From: Turneriella sp.
GTDB taxonomy: Bacteria; Spirochaetota; Leptospiria; Turneriellales; Turneriellaceae
DNA: 64,000 nucleotides
Assembly: GCA_965279515.1 (NCBI GenBank)
Contig: CBDIID010000003.1
Coordinates: 2,400,001 to 2,464,000, forward strand
Reading direction: 5' to 3'
The position numbers and the translations under genes are program-made. Under the pieces are notes generated by a model. The model did not search any database, was not told the DNA's origin, and worked only from the letters and a program-made list of their open reading frames with translations. This document shows positions 20,329 through 30,013 of the stretch, in pieces (within the stretch, counting starts at the first letter, position 1; every line of letters begins with the position of its first letter).

Positions 20329-21345
20329 ATGATATTTGACTGGTTTCACTCCCTATTTTCGAACGACATGGGCATCGACTTGGGTACGGCAAACACCCTC
20401 GTCTATGTCAAAGGACAGGGCATCGTGCTCTCCGAACCGTCGGTCGTGGCCATTCAAGCCTCTACCGGTAAGGTGCTCGCGGTGGGCCAGGAAGCCAAGC
20501 GCATGCTGGGTCGTACTCCCGGTGAGATCGTGGCGATCCGCCCGATGAAAGACGGCGTGATCGCCGACTTCGAAACCGTCGAAAAGATGATCCGCTATTT
20601 TATTAATAAGGTTCATAACCGTGCGACACTGGTTAAACCCCGTATCGTCATCGGCGTACCATCAGGCATTACCGAAGTGGAACGCCGCGCGGTGCGTGAG
20701 TCGGCCGAACAGGCTGGCGCGCGCGATATCTTCCTTATAGACGAAGCATTTGCGGCCGCACTCGGCGCAAAAATTCCCGTGCACGAACCTGCGGGTAACA
20801 TGATTATCGATATCGGCGGCGGTACCACCGAGATCGCGGTCATCTCACTCGGCGGTATGGTGATCGCAGATAGTATCCGCATCGGCGGCGACGAATTCGA
20901 CGAAGCCATCATCAAGCACCTGCGTATTCACCACAACCTGATCATCGGTGAGCGCACGGCAGAAGAAATTAAACTCGCGATCGGCAACGCCATGCCCGAG
21001 AAAAAAACGGAAACGTTTGAACTCAAGGGCCGCGATGCTGGCACAGGTCTGCCACGCACGGTACTCATCGACAGCGCAGAAGTGCGCAAGGCTCTCAAAG
21101 AACCCATCGACGCGATTGTCGAAGCGACCAAGATCGCTCTCGAGAAGACGCCTCCCGAACTTGCGGCCGACATTGTCGAACGCGGTATCGTCATGACGGG
21201 CGGCGGTTGCCTGCTCAAAGGTTTAGATAAGCATATTTCAAAAGAAACCGGTGTGCCGGTGATCCGCGCCGAAAACCCGCTGAACTGCGTGGTCGAAGGT
21301 ACGGGTAAGTATCTAGAAGAATTGAAATATCTCAAAGGTCGCTGA
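20329..21345 (+). CDS. mreB: Rod shape-determining protein MreB
   Basis: [35 protein letters not shown]. Confidence 0.97.
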   Translation: MIFDWFHSLFSNDMGIDLGTANTLVYVKGQGIVLSEPSVVAIQASTGKVLAVGQEAKRMLGRTPGEIVAIRPMKDGVIADFETVEKMIRYFINKVHNRATLVKPRIVIGVPSGITEVERRAVRESAEQAGARDIFLIDEAFAAALGAKIPVHEPAGNMIIDIGGGTTEIAVISLGGMVIADSIRIGGDEFDEAIIKHLRIHHNLIIGERTAEEIKLAIGNAMPEKKTETFELKGRDAGTGLPRTVLIDSAEVRKALKEPIDAIVEATKIALEKTPPELAADIVERGIVMTGGGCLLKGLDKHISKETGVPVIRAENPLNCVVEGTGKYLEELKYLKGR

Positions 21346-21461
21346 CCCCACCCCGGCCTTCGGCCACCCCTCCCCACTAACGTGGAGAGGGGTATGTTAA
21401 GATTTCATTTTCCAAAGTAGAAACCTCCCCGTGTCAATGGGGAGGGGGTTAGGGAGCGGGG
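21346..21461. repeat. G/C-run palindromic REP-like element between convergent genes (possible terminator)
   Basis: Hairpins GGCC-TTC-GGCC, CCCCTCCCCAC-TAAC-GTGGAGAGGGG (21367-21392), CCTCCCC...GGGGAGG (21424-21445). Confidence 0.75.
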
Positions 21462-21950
21462 TTATTTACTTGCCCCGCGTACCAGCTGCCAGACATCATT
21501 TAAATACATAACAGAACGCCTGTCTTTGAAAAGTTCGTCCGTCAACGTGTAGGGCGACAGCGATTTTTCTGTGAATACTAACTGCAACTTATACGAATAA
21601 TTTTTTTCCCCGAGGATAGCCCCCGGCACAGAATGCGGCGATGCTGACACAACATTCAGCATAGACACGTAACCGGGTTCCATCCGCACTGCATGCAGCT
21701 TCTGCTGTAGTTTAAAAACCTTTGCCGCGAATTTCGGGAATGCTGAGACGGTGCTGACTTCTTTAAAGGCGAGAAATTTGAACCCACCCTTCTGCCCGGG
21801 TACGGGATGGTTCAGCGGCCGCGATGCATAGTCATAGCCCGGCAGATTTTTCTCAAAACTCTGGATCGCCTGAATCAACTCTTCGTCATTCGTAAATTCC
21901 ACCAGGAGTATGAAACGGCACTGCTGCATGGTTCGACTATTGCTCACCAA
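21462..21950 (-). CDS. DUF4416-like protein
   Basis: MEPGYV...VVSAS and YKLQLVF...SPY segments resemble the family's conserved C-terminal half. Confidence 0.55.
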   Translation of the reverse strand: MVSNSRTMQQCRFILLVEFTNDEELIQAIQSFEKNLPGYDYASRPLNHPVPGQKGGFKFLAFKEVSTVSAFPKFAAKVFKLQQKLHAVRMEPGYVSMLNVVSASPHSVPGAILGEKNYSYKLQLVFTEKSLSPYTLTDELFKDRRSVMYLNDVWQLVRGASK

Positions 21951-21953
21951 CCA

Positions 21954-23378
21954 TCATATTTTTGGCAATTTGCGGCGCATGAGATCGGTGATCAGCACAC
22001 GAATCTGTACGCGCATCGGCTGGTCTTTTTCTTTTGTATAGAGTTCAAAGAGCGGGGGAATCGACGCATCGGTGTCATACTGCTGGATTGATGCCAGTGC
22101 CGCTGAACGGATGAGGCTTGAATGCTTCTCATTTTGCGCCACGGTAAAGAGCACGGGCAAATGTTTCTTCTGTTTAAAAGTGCCCAGCGCGCTCAGGCTC
22201 TCGATCATGATCGCTTCGCTCTGCGGGTTGGTGATGACGGCCGATAGCGGCTCGGCGCATTTGCTTTCATTGAAGCGGTTGCAGGCATAGGCCGCCCACA
22301 GTAGCAGCTCCTGATCGGTTTCTTTTTTCAGCAGCGTCAGCACACCATTCATGCCACCGCCCGAGCCGAGCGTAAAAAGCCCGCGCAGCAGCGCATGTTT
22401 CTGGGCATGCTCTGTTTCATGCGCCAGCTGCTCGGAGATCGCGTTCGCGTATGTCTTATTCTTTTGGAACAGCGCCGATTCGAGGGCCAGGCTGCGCACC
22501 GCGAGATTCTTGTCCGAGATGAGTTTCTGCAGCGCCGAGGTGACGGGGCCGGTTTTAAAATGCCGCAGAATCTCCACACCCTTCAGGCGCACCTCTTCGT
22601 CGCCGTCGCCCTCGGCTGCGTGGATGACCCCATGCTGCGCCTTGTCAGAACCGATCGCATCGAGGGTTTTCAGCGCAAAATAACGGACATTCTTATTCTG
22701 GTTCGAGAGCTGCAAAAGCAGCAGCGGTACCGCGCGTTCGTCTTTGAGCGCCAGCAGGGTTTCCATCGCATAGATTTTATCGATGGTGTTTTCACCGGCC
22801 AAAAGCTGTCCGATCAAAGGGTAGATGCGCTCGTCTTTTTTTACCGCGACCACCTTATTCGCTTCGGCGCGTAGTTTTGCCTGCGGGTGCACGAGAAAGG
22901 GCGCCACGGCATAGATCAGGTCGGAATTTTTATTCGGGGCCGCGGCCGTCAGGCAGGCGATGGTATAATCGAGATCGTCCTCTACCAGATTCTCTTTGAT
23001 GAGGCGCATCATCTCACGGTGGATGTGTTTGCCTGCTGCCGGGCTTGTCGCTGCCTTGTCGCGGATTGCGTAGAGATACCGCTTGCGGTATTTTTCTTTT
23101 TTGTCGCCAAACCAGTCGGTGATTTTGTCGAGATCTTCTTCTGCGAGATCACGCGCCTTGAAGACCTCGATGACCTTGTCTTCGTCTTTGCTCGCAAGCG
23201 CGGCATCGACCTCGGGGTTCGCGGCCTGTAAAGGAAAGAGCAGGCAGAAAAAAAGCAATACCCCACTCCACCAATCGGCGGGTGGCCTCTTGGCCAACGG
23301 CTGGCGTGGAGCGGTGAATTCAAAAGCGTTTTGCCCCCTCTCCATGTAATGGGGAGGGGGATAGGGGGTGGGGTTCAT
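21954..23378 (-). CDS. HEAT-repeat protein
   Basis: Tandem HEAT/PBS-like repeats (VPLLLLQLSNQNKNVRYFALKTL etc.); ATGA-coupled to folC. Confidence 0.8.
   Translation of the reverse strand: MNPTPYPPPHYMERGQNAFEFTAPRQPLAKRPPADWWSGVLLFFCLLFPLQAANPEVDAALASKDEDKVIEVFKARDLAEEDLDKITDWFGDKKEKYRKRYLYAIRDKAATSPAAGKHIHREMMRLIKENLVEDDLDYTIACLTAAAPNKNSDLIYAVAPFLVHPQAKLRAEANKVVAVKKDERIYPLIGQLLAGENTIDKIYAMETLLALKDERAVPLLLLQLSNQNKNVRYFALKTLDAIGSDKAQHGVIHAAEGDGDEEVRLKGVEILRHFKTGPVTSALQKLISDKNLAVRSLALESALFQKNKTYANAISEQLAHETEHAQKHALLRGLFTLGSGGGMNGVLTLLKKETDQELLLWAAYACNRFNESKCAEPLSAVITNPQSEAIMIESLSALGTFKQKKHLPVLFTVAQNEKHSSLIRSAALASIQQYDTDASIPPLFELYTKEKDQPMRVQIRVLITDLMRRKLPKI
23334..23374. repeat. G/C-run palindromic element, copy 2 (inside 5' end of HEAT gene)
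   Basis: CCCCCTCTCCA-TGTAA-TGGGGAGGGGG followed by ATAGGGGGTGGGGT. Confidence 0.72.
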
Positions 23379-24568
23379 AAAGCGAATCTCGACCTCATTT
23401 CGGCATAAAGTGCCATGCTACCCGTGAACAGGTGAAGCGCACCGGAGTTTTGGAGTATTTCTGCGATACCAGTATCGGTAGTTGTTTGCATGCCGCTTCC
23501 GGCAGGGGCGGCATCATAATACTGGGCATTGGCCACTGGCAGCAAAAAGAGCGATAGCTTCTTCTGAATACCCGCCTTCAAGATCCCGCAAAACCCGGCC
23601 AAATCACGCTCGCGCATGGTGTTCAGAAAAATATTGCATTCGGCTTCAGGCTGTCGATTAACTAACGGCACCAATGCCGCCATCGCCTCGGCATTATGCC
23701 CGCCGTCGAAAATAATCCGGGGCGCTTCCCTGAGACTGCTCCAGCGGCCAAACACTGCTTGCAACAGCACACGTTCGATTTGGGCCATCGCATCCGCAGT
23801 GGGATGCATCGCGTCGGCAATAACCTGGCTCGCAAAGTCGCGGTTGGCTTCGACAAAGCTAGCGCCGCTATTTTCGATGACAATCAGCTCAGCTGCCTTC
23901 TCAGCGGCCATCTGACGCAGCACGCCCAGGGCTTCGGCCGATTGGGGGGGCGAATACACGCGCTGCCCCTTCTGGATGATACCGGCCTTTTCGGCGGCGA
24001 TTTTCTCTAAGGTGTCGCCCAAAATATTCTGGTGATCGAGACCGATACGCGTGATGACCGCAAAGGCCGCTTTCAGGTTATTCGTCGAATCGAGCCTGCC
24101 GCCAAGCCCCGCTTCGACGACGGCCCAGTCACATCCACTGCGCGCGAAGTACAGAAACCCCAGCGCCGTCATAGCATCGAAGAAGGAAAGCGTATGTATG
24201 TCGCCGTCACTCTTCAGCTCGTGCCAGAGTTCTGTCAGAGCCATACCCGCCATCGGGTGGCCATCGACAGTAAAACGCTCGGTCAGACTCACAAAATGCG
24301 GCGAAAGATACGCACCGGTTTTGAATCCCATGGCGGTGAGCGCGCGCGAGAGATACGTCGTGGCGCTGCCTTTGCCCACCGTGCCCACAACATGAATCGT
24401 TTTGTACTTTAGCTGAGGATTACCGATCTTGGCCAGGAAGGTCCTAAGATTTTCGGGCCGGTAAGCATCGGGTGCAAAACGCCGGCTGCGTTCGAAATTG
24501 CGGTCGGCAAAAAAATCGAGAATTTCTTTTTCGACCGGAACGGCATCGGGAGGCAAAAAAGAGCTCAT
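23375..24568 (-). CDS. folC: Folylpolyglutamate synthase/dihydrofolate synthase
   Basis: IHVVGTVGKGS, SPH, VEAGLGGRLDSTN, IGLDH, EKAGI, DGGHN. Confidence 0.93.
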   Translation of the reverse strand: MSSFLPPDAVPVEKEILDFFADRNFERSRRFAPDAYRPENLRTFLAKIGNPQLKYKTIHVVGTVGKGSATTYLSRALTAMGFKTGAYLSPHFVSLTERFTVDGHPMAGMALTELWHELKSDGDIHTLSFFDAMTALGFLYFARSGCDWAVVEAGLGGRLDSTNNLKAAFAVITRIGLDHQNILGDTLEKIAAEKAGIIQKGQRVYSPPQSAEALGVLRQMAAEKAAELIVIENSGASFVEANRDFASQVIADAMHPTADAMAQIERVLLQAVFGRWSSLREAPRIIFDGGHNAEAMAALVPLVNRQPEAECNIFLNTMRERDLAGFCGILKAGIQKKLSLFLLPVANAQYYDAAPAGSGMQTTTDTGIAEILQNSGALHLFTGSMALYAEMRSRFAL

Positions 24569-25569
24569 AACGGCGCAGATAATTCAGGCGGCGCTTTATC
24601 CTGTGTCAGCGCGCGCGGCGGACGCGCAAAACCACGCCAGGTATTGTAGATCAGCCGCAATGTTTCGCGGTCGGCCTTCATCTTGACTGCGCGCGCCCAG
24701 ATGCGCTTCAACACCGGCAATTCGCGTTCGCCCGATGCGGCAAGGTAAGCCTGCCAAAGCAGTTGCTCGGCCGATGGTTTGGAAAAATTCTCGGCGCAGA
24801 CAAATTCCAGAATATCAGCTAATTGCACCGAATATTGACGCGGCTTATTTTTGAGCAAACGCGCAACTGCCTCGGAGAGAATTTCGGCAATAAAAGGCGT
24901 AGGCTGCCTCTGCTCATGGAGAAGACGCGCCAGCGGAGCGCCGAATTCGCCGCGGCTGTCGATCCGCCGGTAAAAAGCGATAGCATCGGCCGTCCCGGAT
25001 TCTGCACCGTTTTTTAGCAGCGCAGAAATATAATCGCGGAAGCCCTCCATGGCGCTGGCATCGGCACCGAGCTCTTCCAGAAGCCGCATTGCCCGCGCAT
25101 ACGCTGCTTTTTCGATCGGAGCTTCTTTCGCATGGTGTGCCGTGGCCATCGCAAAGAGATGCGCGGCGGAAGTGCAGGCGCGGATAAAGAGCATTTTGTC
25201 GGTGGCGCTGCGCAGAAAATCCAGCGTGTAGAAATCCTGCCTGCCGAAATTCCAGTAGCTGATGCGCGTCACAGCCTCGCTGCCGGGCGGCGCGAGAACT
25301 TTGCCCTCGCGGCTCAGCAAACGAAAATGCGCGCGGAACGAGACGGCAAAACGCAGCTCGGCCGATTTATTGTCTTTTTGCGACAGGATTTCCAGGTCCT
25401 GCATTTCCAGGTATTCGACGCTGATTTTTTCCGGGGAGGCATGCGCCCGAATGGTCTTGAGCTTGCCATAGAGCCGTTTGACTTCGGCGCTGACAGCCCC
25501 CCTGGCAAAATCGAATTCTTCGAAATCACCGAAGGGTAAATTATCCGGATTCGCCTCAACCTTGCGCAT
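24565..25569 (-). CDS. Hypothetical protein
   Basis: 334-aa ORF, ATGA-coupled to folC. Confidence 0.6.
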   Translation of the reverse strand: MRKVEANPDNLPFGDFEEFDFARGAVSAEVKRLYGKLKTIRAHASPEKISVEYLEMQDLEILSQKDNKSAELRFAVSFRAHFRLLSREGKVLAPPGSEAVTRISYWNFGRQDFYTLDFLRSATDKMLFIRACTSAAHLFAMATAHHAKEAPIEKAAYARAMRLLEELGADASAMEGFRDYISALLKNGAESGTADAIAFYRRIDSRGEFGAPLARLLHEQRQPTPFIAEILSEAVARLLKNKPRQYSVQLADILEFVCAENFSKPSAEQLLWQAYLAASGERELPVLKRIWARAVKMKADRETLRLIYNTWRGFARPPRALTQDKAPPELSAPL

Positions 25570-25625
25570 GGGACACCCGCAAGTCGCCCGCGCCCTTGCG
25601 GTTACAAGCCAAAATAGAACGGCGG

Positions 25626-27449
25626 CTACTTCAGCTGCGCTTCGATTTCCTGCAGCCGGTTGATCCAGAGCTGCGTGCCGGCGGGATCGCCCTTCGCCGC
25701 CTCAATCTTACGCTTAATGCGCTTGATCTCGTCGATGCGCCGGTAGGTTTCGGCGAGCGCAGGGTCGGCATCGACATCGAAAGGCGTAGTGAAGAACAGG
25801 TAATGCGCGACGGGGCTTAACACGCGGCTACGCGGATCGCGGTTTGCAATATGCAGGTAATATTTTCCCGCGCCTTTTCCCGTCTTAAAGGCAAAGCGGC
25901 CCGTCGCAATCTTGAGCTTCTTTTTCGGCACGGTATCAGATTTTGTATCGACCTCCGCGAGATATTCGCCCGGCGCCAGGTTCTCCAGAAGGAAATCCGC
26001 CTGGCCGGGTCTTACCATACGCGGTGCGATCTGGTTTTGCAGCAGGACTTCAGGTTCCGGCGGCTGGTATTGCCAGACCAACGGAATATGGTAGATACGC
26101 GAAAGTGACCCGGTGCGAACATTGCGTACCTGAAGATGCAGCGCATACGCCCCTTCCTTGCGCGCCGAAAACTGCAGCGTATCAGAAGGAATGAGCTTGG
26201 CTTCGTTCAGGGGCTCGGAGTCGGGATCCTGGTTGAGCAGATAGCGGTATGCGTATTCGCTCCCCTTGGGCCTTGCCCAATTGACGATCATCACCGGCGG
26301 GTTGCGTTTCACGTCGAGCCGCCAGTCGATGTCGGTGATGATAGCGGTGGGAGCGCTCCACGTTTCCAGGAAAATATGCCTGAGATCGGTCTCCAGCAGA
26401 AAGTTGAGCTGGTTCGTGTTATCGATCAGCGGATAAACCCGCCCCGGCCAAAACAGTTTGCGCTCTTCGAGCTTGGGCTTCTTGCGGGGTCGGGGAAAAT
26501 CATCGTATACCAAACGATAAGCCGAAGACATCTGCTCGCCGGTTAAAATGATATTGAGTTCTTTATTAAAATTGACCGGTATCACACGTTCTGCAAGGGC
26601 GAGGCGGCGATCCTTCTCGAGCAAATTGCGCCGCAGTTCTCCCGCAGAAATATCGAACTGCCAGAGGCCGCCCTCGTGGTCGATGCCGATGAGGTGCATT
26701 GTATTGCGGTAGTTATAATAACGCGCGTATTTGACCGGGAAAGGCAGGGGGTAATGCCGGTACTCCCCGTTCTTCCAGAAAGTCCAGGTCATGCCGGCGG
26801 GTGATGAACTGACATAATGTATGCCGCCGTCGCCCCATTGCAGAAACATCCTTTCGATCGGGTCGCGGCTCACCATAATATCCTGCGTGCGCTGCTCGCT
26901 CCAGTACTTGATGGCATAGGTCTTGCGATCGTAAGCGTAGAACAGGCAGGATGGATTGCCGTAGGTAATGTTCACGCGCGCGTCGACATCATAGACATTG
27001 TAACCCAATGCAAACTCATTCGAATAGCGGATCGCCCCGGTGAAATCCATCGCCACGAACTGCATGATCTTTTCGGGATTATAGACGCTGACGACAAGAT
27101 CGCCGTCTTCCATCGGAAAATGTTTCACGAGATCAGGATTGCGCCGGAAACGCATGATTTTCTGCAGCGTGTTTCCCTGATCGACGACACGGCCATAGAT
27201 GAGGTTGTTCTCATCATCCATCGCGAAAAAGCGCGTGATCCAAGAATGCCACTGCGTGCGTATCAGGCGCAGCTTACTGATCGGCCAATCGGATTCGGCG
27301 TGGAGGGCAGTAAGGGAGAATATAAGCAACAGAGCAAATCGCCCCACCCCCTTTCCCCCTCCCCAATTCTGGGGAGGGGGGATAAGTCTCCCTTCCCCCA
27401 GACTTGGGGGAAGGGTCGGGGATAGGGGCGAATGGGGATTCACGTCCAC
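25626..27449 (-). CDS. Secreted beta-rich hypothetical protein with Ig/FN3-like C-terminal modules
   Basis: Signal-like FALLLIFSLTALHA; modules similar to those of the upstream 857-aa protein; start may be GTG at 27443. Confidence 0.65.
   Translation of the reverse strand: MDVNPHSPLSPTLPPSLGEGRLIPPPQNWGGGKGVGRFALLLIFSLTALHAESDWPISKLRLIRTQWHSWITRFFAMDDENNLIYGRVVDQGNTLQKIMRFRRNPDLVKHFPMEDGDLVVSVYNPEKIMQFVAMDFTGAIRYSNEFALGYNVYDVDARVNITYGNPSCLFYAYDRKTYAIKYWSEQRTQDIMVSRDPIERMFLQWGDGGIHYVSSSPAGMTWTFWKNGEYRHYPLPFPVKYARYYNYRNTMHLIGIDHEGGLWQFDISAGELRRNLLEKDRRLALAERVIPVNFNKELNIILTGEQMSSAYRLVYDDFPRPRKKPKLEERKLFWPGRVYPLIDNTNQLNFLLETDLRHIFLETWSAPTAIITDIDWRLDVKRNPPVMIVNWARPKGSEYAYRYLLNQDPDSEPLNEAKLIPSDTLQFSARKEGAYALHLQVRNVRTGSLSRIYHIPLVWQYQPPEPEVLLQNQIAPRMVRPGQADFLLENLAPGEYLAEVDTKSDTVPKKKLKIATGRFAFKTGKGAGKYYLHIANRDPRSRVLSPVAHYLFFTTPFDVDADPALAETYRRIDEIKRIKRKIEAAKGDPAGTQLWINRLQEIEAQLK
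27341..27440. repeat. G/C-run palindromic element, copy 3 (double hairpin, inside 5' end of gene)
   Basis: CCCCCTCCCCA-ATTC-TGGGGAGGGGG (27355-27380) and CCCTTCCCCCA-GACT-TGGGGGAAGGG (27390-27415). Confidence 0.78.
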
Positions 27450-30013
27450 GCCCCGGCATAAAACGCAATCCGCTTACGCTGCCAGAGCGCAAGCAAAGCC
27501 AGAACTGCCAGCAACGCACCCAATGCCATATAGACCTGTTTGCGGAACTCTTTGCGCACGTCGGGCACGTCGACCGTGCGCGAGTCATAGGCAAACTGGC
27601 GCCGCTCAGGTCCCTTGAAGAGTGTCTTGGCGTTCAGGAAATATTGCCCGGGTTTTTGCAGGTAGATGAATTCGACCTTACCCGAAAAATTGATCTCGCC
27701 CTGGGGTACGCGCTCGGCATCGGCGATCTCCCAGACATAACCCTTCACTTTCACCTTCGCGGCATCGAGGCAGGGTTTTGCAAATGCCGGGTTACGTATC
27801 GCACCGCAAATAGCCGCAACATCGTAGTTCAGGCGGATTTCGAGAATACCGCGGTCAAAGGTCGAACTGATGAGATCGGCCCTGCCCCCGACCTGCATCG
27901 CATCGCGCTCTTTCTGGGGGATAACCTTCTCATACTCGACGTCGGTGAAGGCGAACTTCTTTTTCGCGCGCGGGTCGTTCGAATCAAAATAGAAATGCCG
28001 GGGCGCCGCGCGCGTGCCGTCAGCATAGACGATGCCCAGCGAAATCACGCTGATGCCGCGTTCGAGTTTACCGATACGCGCAACGTAGATATTTTCCAGG
28101 GCCTCGGTCGCAGCTTTCTTGCCGGCAAACGGATCCTTGATATCGAAACCAAACTGGTAATAGACTTCTTTGATGCCCCTCAGCCCGTTATCCTGGATAG
28201 TGAAGGCGATGTCAGGGCGCGTGATGACGTCAGCCTCGGCGTTATGGCGGATTGTCAGGTCGTTGCGCTCATTTTGGCCGATCTCGATTTTATAAAACGC
28301 GCGCTCCGAGACGTTGCCGCCGAGATCGACCGCCTCGACCGCAAAGACATAGGTGCCGAACGGCACATTGTTAAAGGCCAGCTCTCCCTTTTCTGTCGTA
28401 TCGGTAAAGACGCGCGGCAGCTTCTGCCCCATCGCAAAACGGTAAAACTGAATGCCGCTGTCGTCGGATGAATTGAATTTCACGATCACGTTCTGCCGCG
28501 CGTCGGGAATCCCATTTTCGTGTGTAGGGCTCGTGATAATCGGCCGGCTCGGCGCCACAGCATCGACGACAAAGGGATAGTGAGCGATCGGCGACACATT
28601 ACCCGCCCTGTCGCGGTACTTCATGTGCATATAATACGCACCGCCGTTCAGACCCGGTATCGTGATCTGCGTCGCTTTTGCGTTGAGATTGAAAAGATCG
28701 GGATCGGTGTCAGCAATGTCATCAATCACCCAGGCATAACTTTCGACGCCCGAGACATCTTCAATCTTCGGCCAGTCGAAAATCGCATCGCTCGATTTAG
28801 AGATCATGCCCATCGCATGTGTTTTGGAAGTAATCTTCACCGCCTCAGCAGTCGTATCAGCCTCGCGCATGCAGAGCCCTGGTCCGCAGCCGTACATGAG
28901 ATACGGGCGTGAGCCCCAGCGCACAAATTCAATCGGCCGCGCGGCGATGCCGTCCTTGGTTACGCGGTGGTCAGCGCCGACAAAGGTGTTATCAGGGCGG
29001 TCGAGAAATTTCGCATAAATCTGCGGGCTGCCTGAACGGGTATCCTGCCAGGCGGCGACCACAGTATCTGAACCCGCGACAATCGCCGGCAGGTAACTCG
29101 GCGAGGTATTCTCGCTCACCTGCAGGGGCTGCGTGTCTTCGGGCGCAGCAAAGATCGTCCAGATTTTATTGGGGTTGGATTGCCACACGAACACGAGCTT
29201 TTCTTTCGTATTGGTAATCTTTCCCGAAAAGTTCTGCAGGCCGTTCTGCGTGACGCGCAGATTTCCCGACCAGGTACCGCCGCGGTCTACGCTGAACGCA
29301 CGGAAGATATCATCGATCAGAGTGGCCTCGGCGCGGTTCTGGTAGAGAATGTCGAGACGGTTGCCGCGGCGCAGCACCGAGGGAAAAAGCGCCCCCCGCG
29401 TGCCCCCGGAGATTTCCGCAACGGAAGACATCCCACTAAAAACCCCGCGAGCACCGAGCGCAGCCGTCAGGTGAAAACGGTTTGCGGCTGAAGGTTCCTG
29501 GTAGAGAATAATATGCTGGCCTGTGCCCGTCATCTTCGCGAGCGGCAGAATCGCGTTGAGCTTGCCTGCGGTCGCAGGCAGCACGCGCTTTTCGCCAAAG
29601 CCGGTGGGCCCTGAAGCACTGTAGGCATAATAGACGCCCGAAGCATTGCCCTGCGGCGATGTCTCTTGCCAGGAAACCAGGATCTCATCGCCGAGCGCCG
29701 ACACCGAGGGATGCAGCGGAAAGAGTTCTGCCGACGGCGCAAGATTCACTTCGCTGACCACGCGACGCACGAACTTGCCGCCTTCGGTATAGGTCAGCGC
29801 AATCTCAACGACGGTCGGTTGATCTTTTTCGAATGGCGCCTTTAGGGCCGAGCTCGCGGCATAGAGACGGCCCTCGCCTTCGTGGCAGCAGACACCGAAT
29901 TCTTCGAGTTTACGCTCGACGAGAATCGGATCGCCCCAGCCGACTGGTTCGGCAAAAAAAGAACGCGGAGTAAGTGACAATAAAAAAAGCGCAACGAGCC
30001 GGCGCAGCTTCAC
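27440..30013 (-). CDS. Membrane-anchored secreted protein: propeller-like N-terminus (Asp-box) + Ig/FN3-like repeats
   Basis: Signal peptide, SVDRGGTW Asp-box, repeated DRAGNVS/DLGGNVS, C-terminal TM followed by basic residues. Confidence 0.68.
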   Translation of the reverse strand: MKLRRLVALFLLSLTPRSFFAEPVGWGDPILVERKLEEFGVCCHEGEGRLYAASSALKAPFEKDQPTVVEIALTYTEGGKFVRRVVSEVNLAPSAELFPLHPSVSALGDEILVSWQETSPQGNASGVYYAYSASGPTGFGEKRVLPATAGKLNAILPLAKMTGTGQHIILYQEPSAANRFHLTAALGARGVFSGMSSVAEISGGTRGALFPSVLRRGNRLDILYQNRAEATLIDDIFRAFSVDRGGTWSGNLRVTQNGLQNFSGKITNTKEKLVFVWQSNPNKIWTIFAAPEDTQPLQVSENTSPSYLPAIVAGSDTVVAAWQDTRSGSPQIYAKFLDRPDNTFVGADHRVTKDGIAARPIEFVRWGSRPYLMYGCGPGLCMREADTTAEAVKITSKTHAMGMISKSSDAIFDWPKIEDVSGVESYAWVIDDIADTDPDLFNLNAKATQITIPGLNGGAYYMHMKYRDRAGNVSPIAHYPFVVDAVAPSRPIITSPTHENGIPDARQNVIVKFNSSDDSGIQFYRFAMGQKLPRVFTDTTEKGELAFNNVPFGTYVFAVEAVDLGGNVSERAFYKIEIGQNERNDLTIRHNAEADVITRPDIAFTIQDNGLRGIKEVYYQFGFDIKDPFAGKKAATEALENIYVARIGKLERGISVISLGIVYADGTRAAPRHFYFDSNDPRAKKKFAFTDVEYEKVIPQKERDAMQVGGRADLISSTFDRGILEIRLNYDVAAICGAIRNPAFAKPCLDAAKVKVKGYVWEIADAERVPQGEINFSGKVEFIYLQKPGQYFLNAKTLFKGPERRQFAYDSRTVDVPDVRKEFRKQVYMALGALLAVLALLALWQRKRIAFYAGAWT

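Noticed and set aside
27404..28471. 355-aa plus-strand ORF and similar long antisense ORFs (e.g. 17085-17966, 8639-9325)
   Set aside because: Antisense shadows of well-supported genes, with no recognisable motifs.
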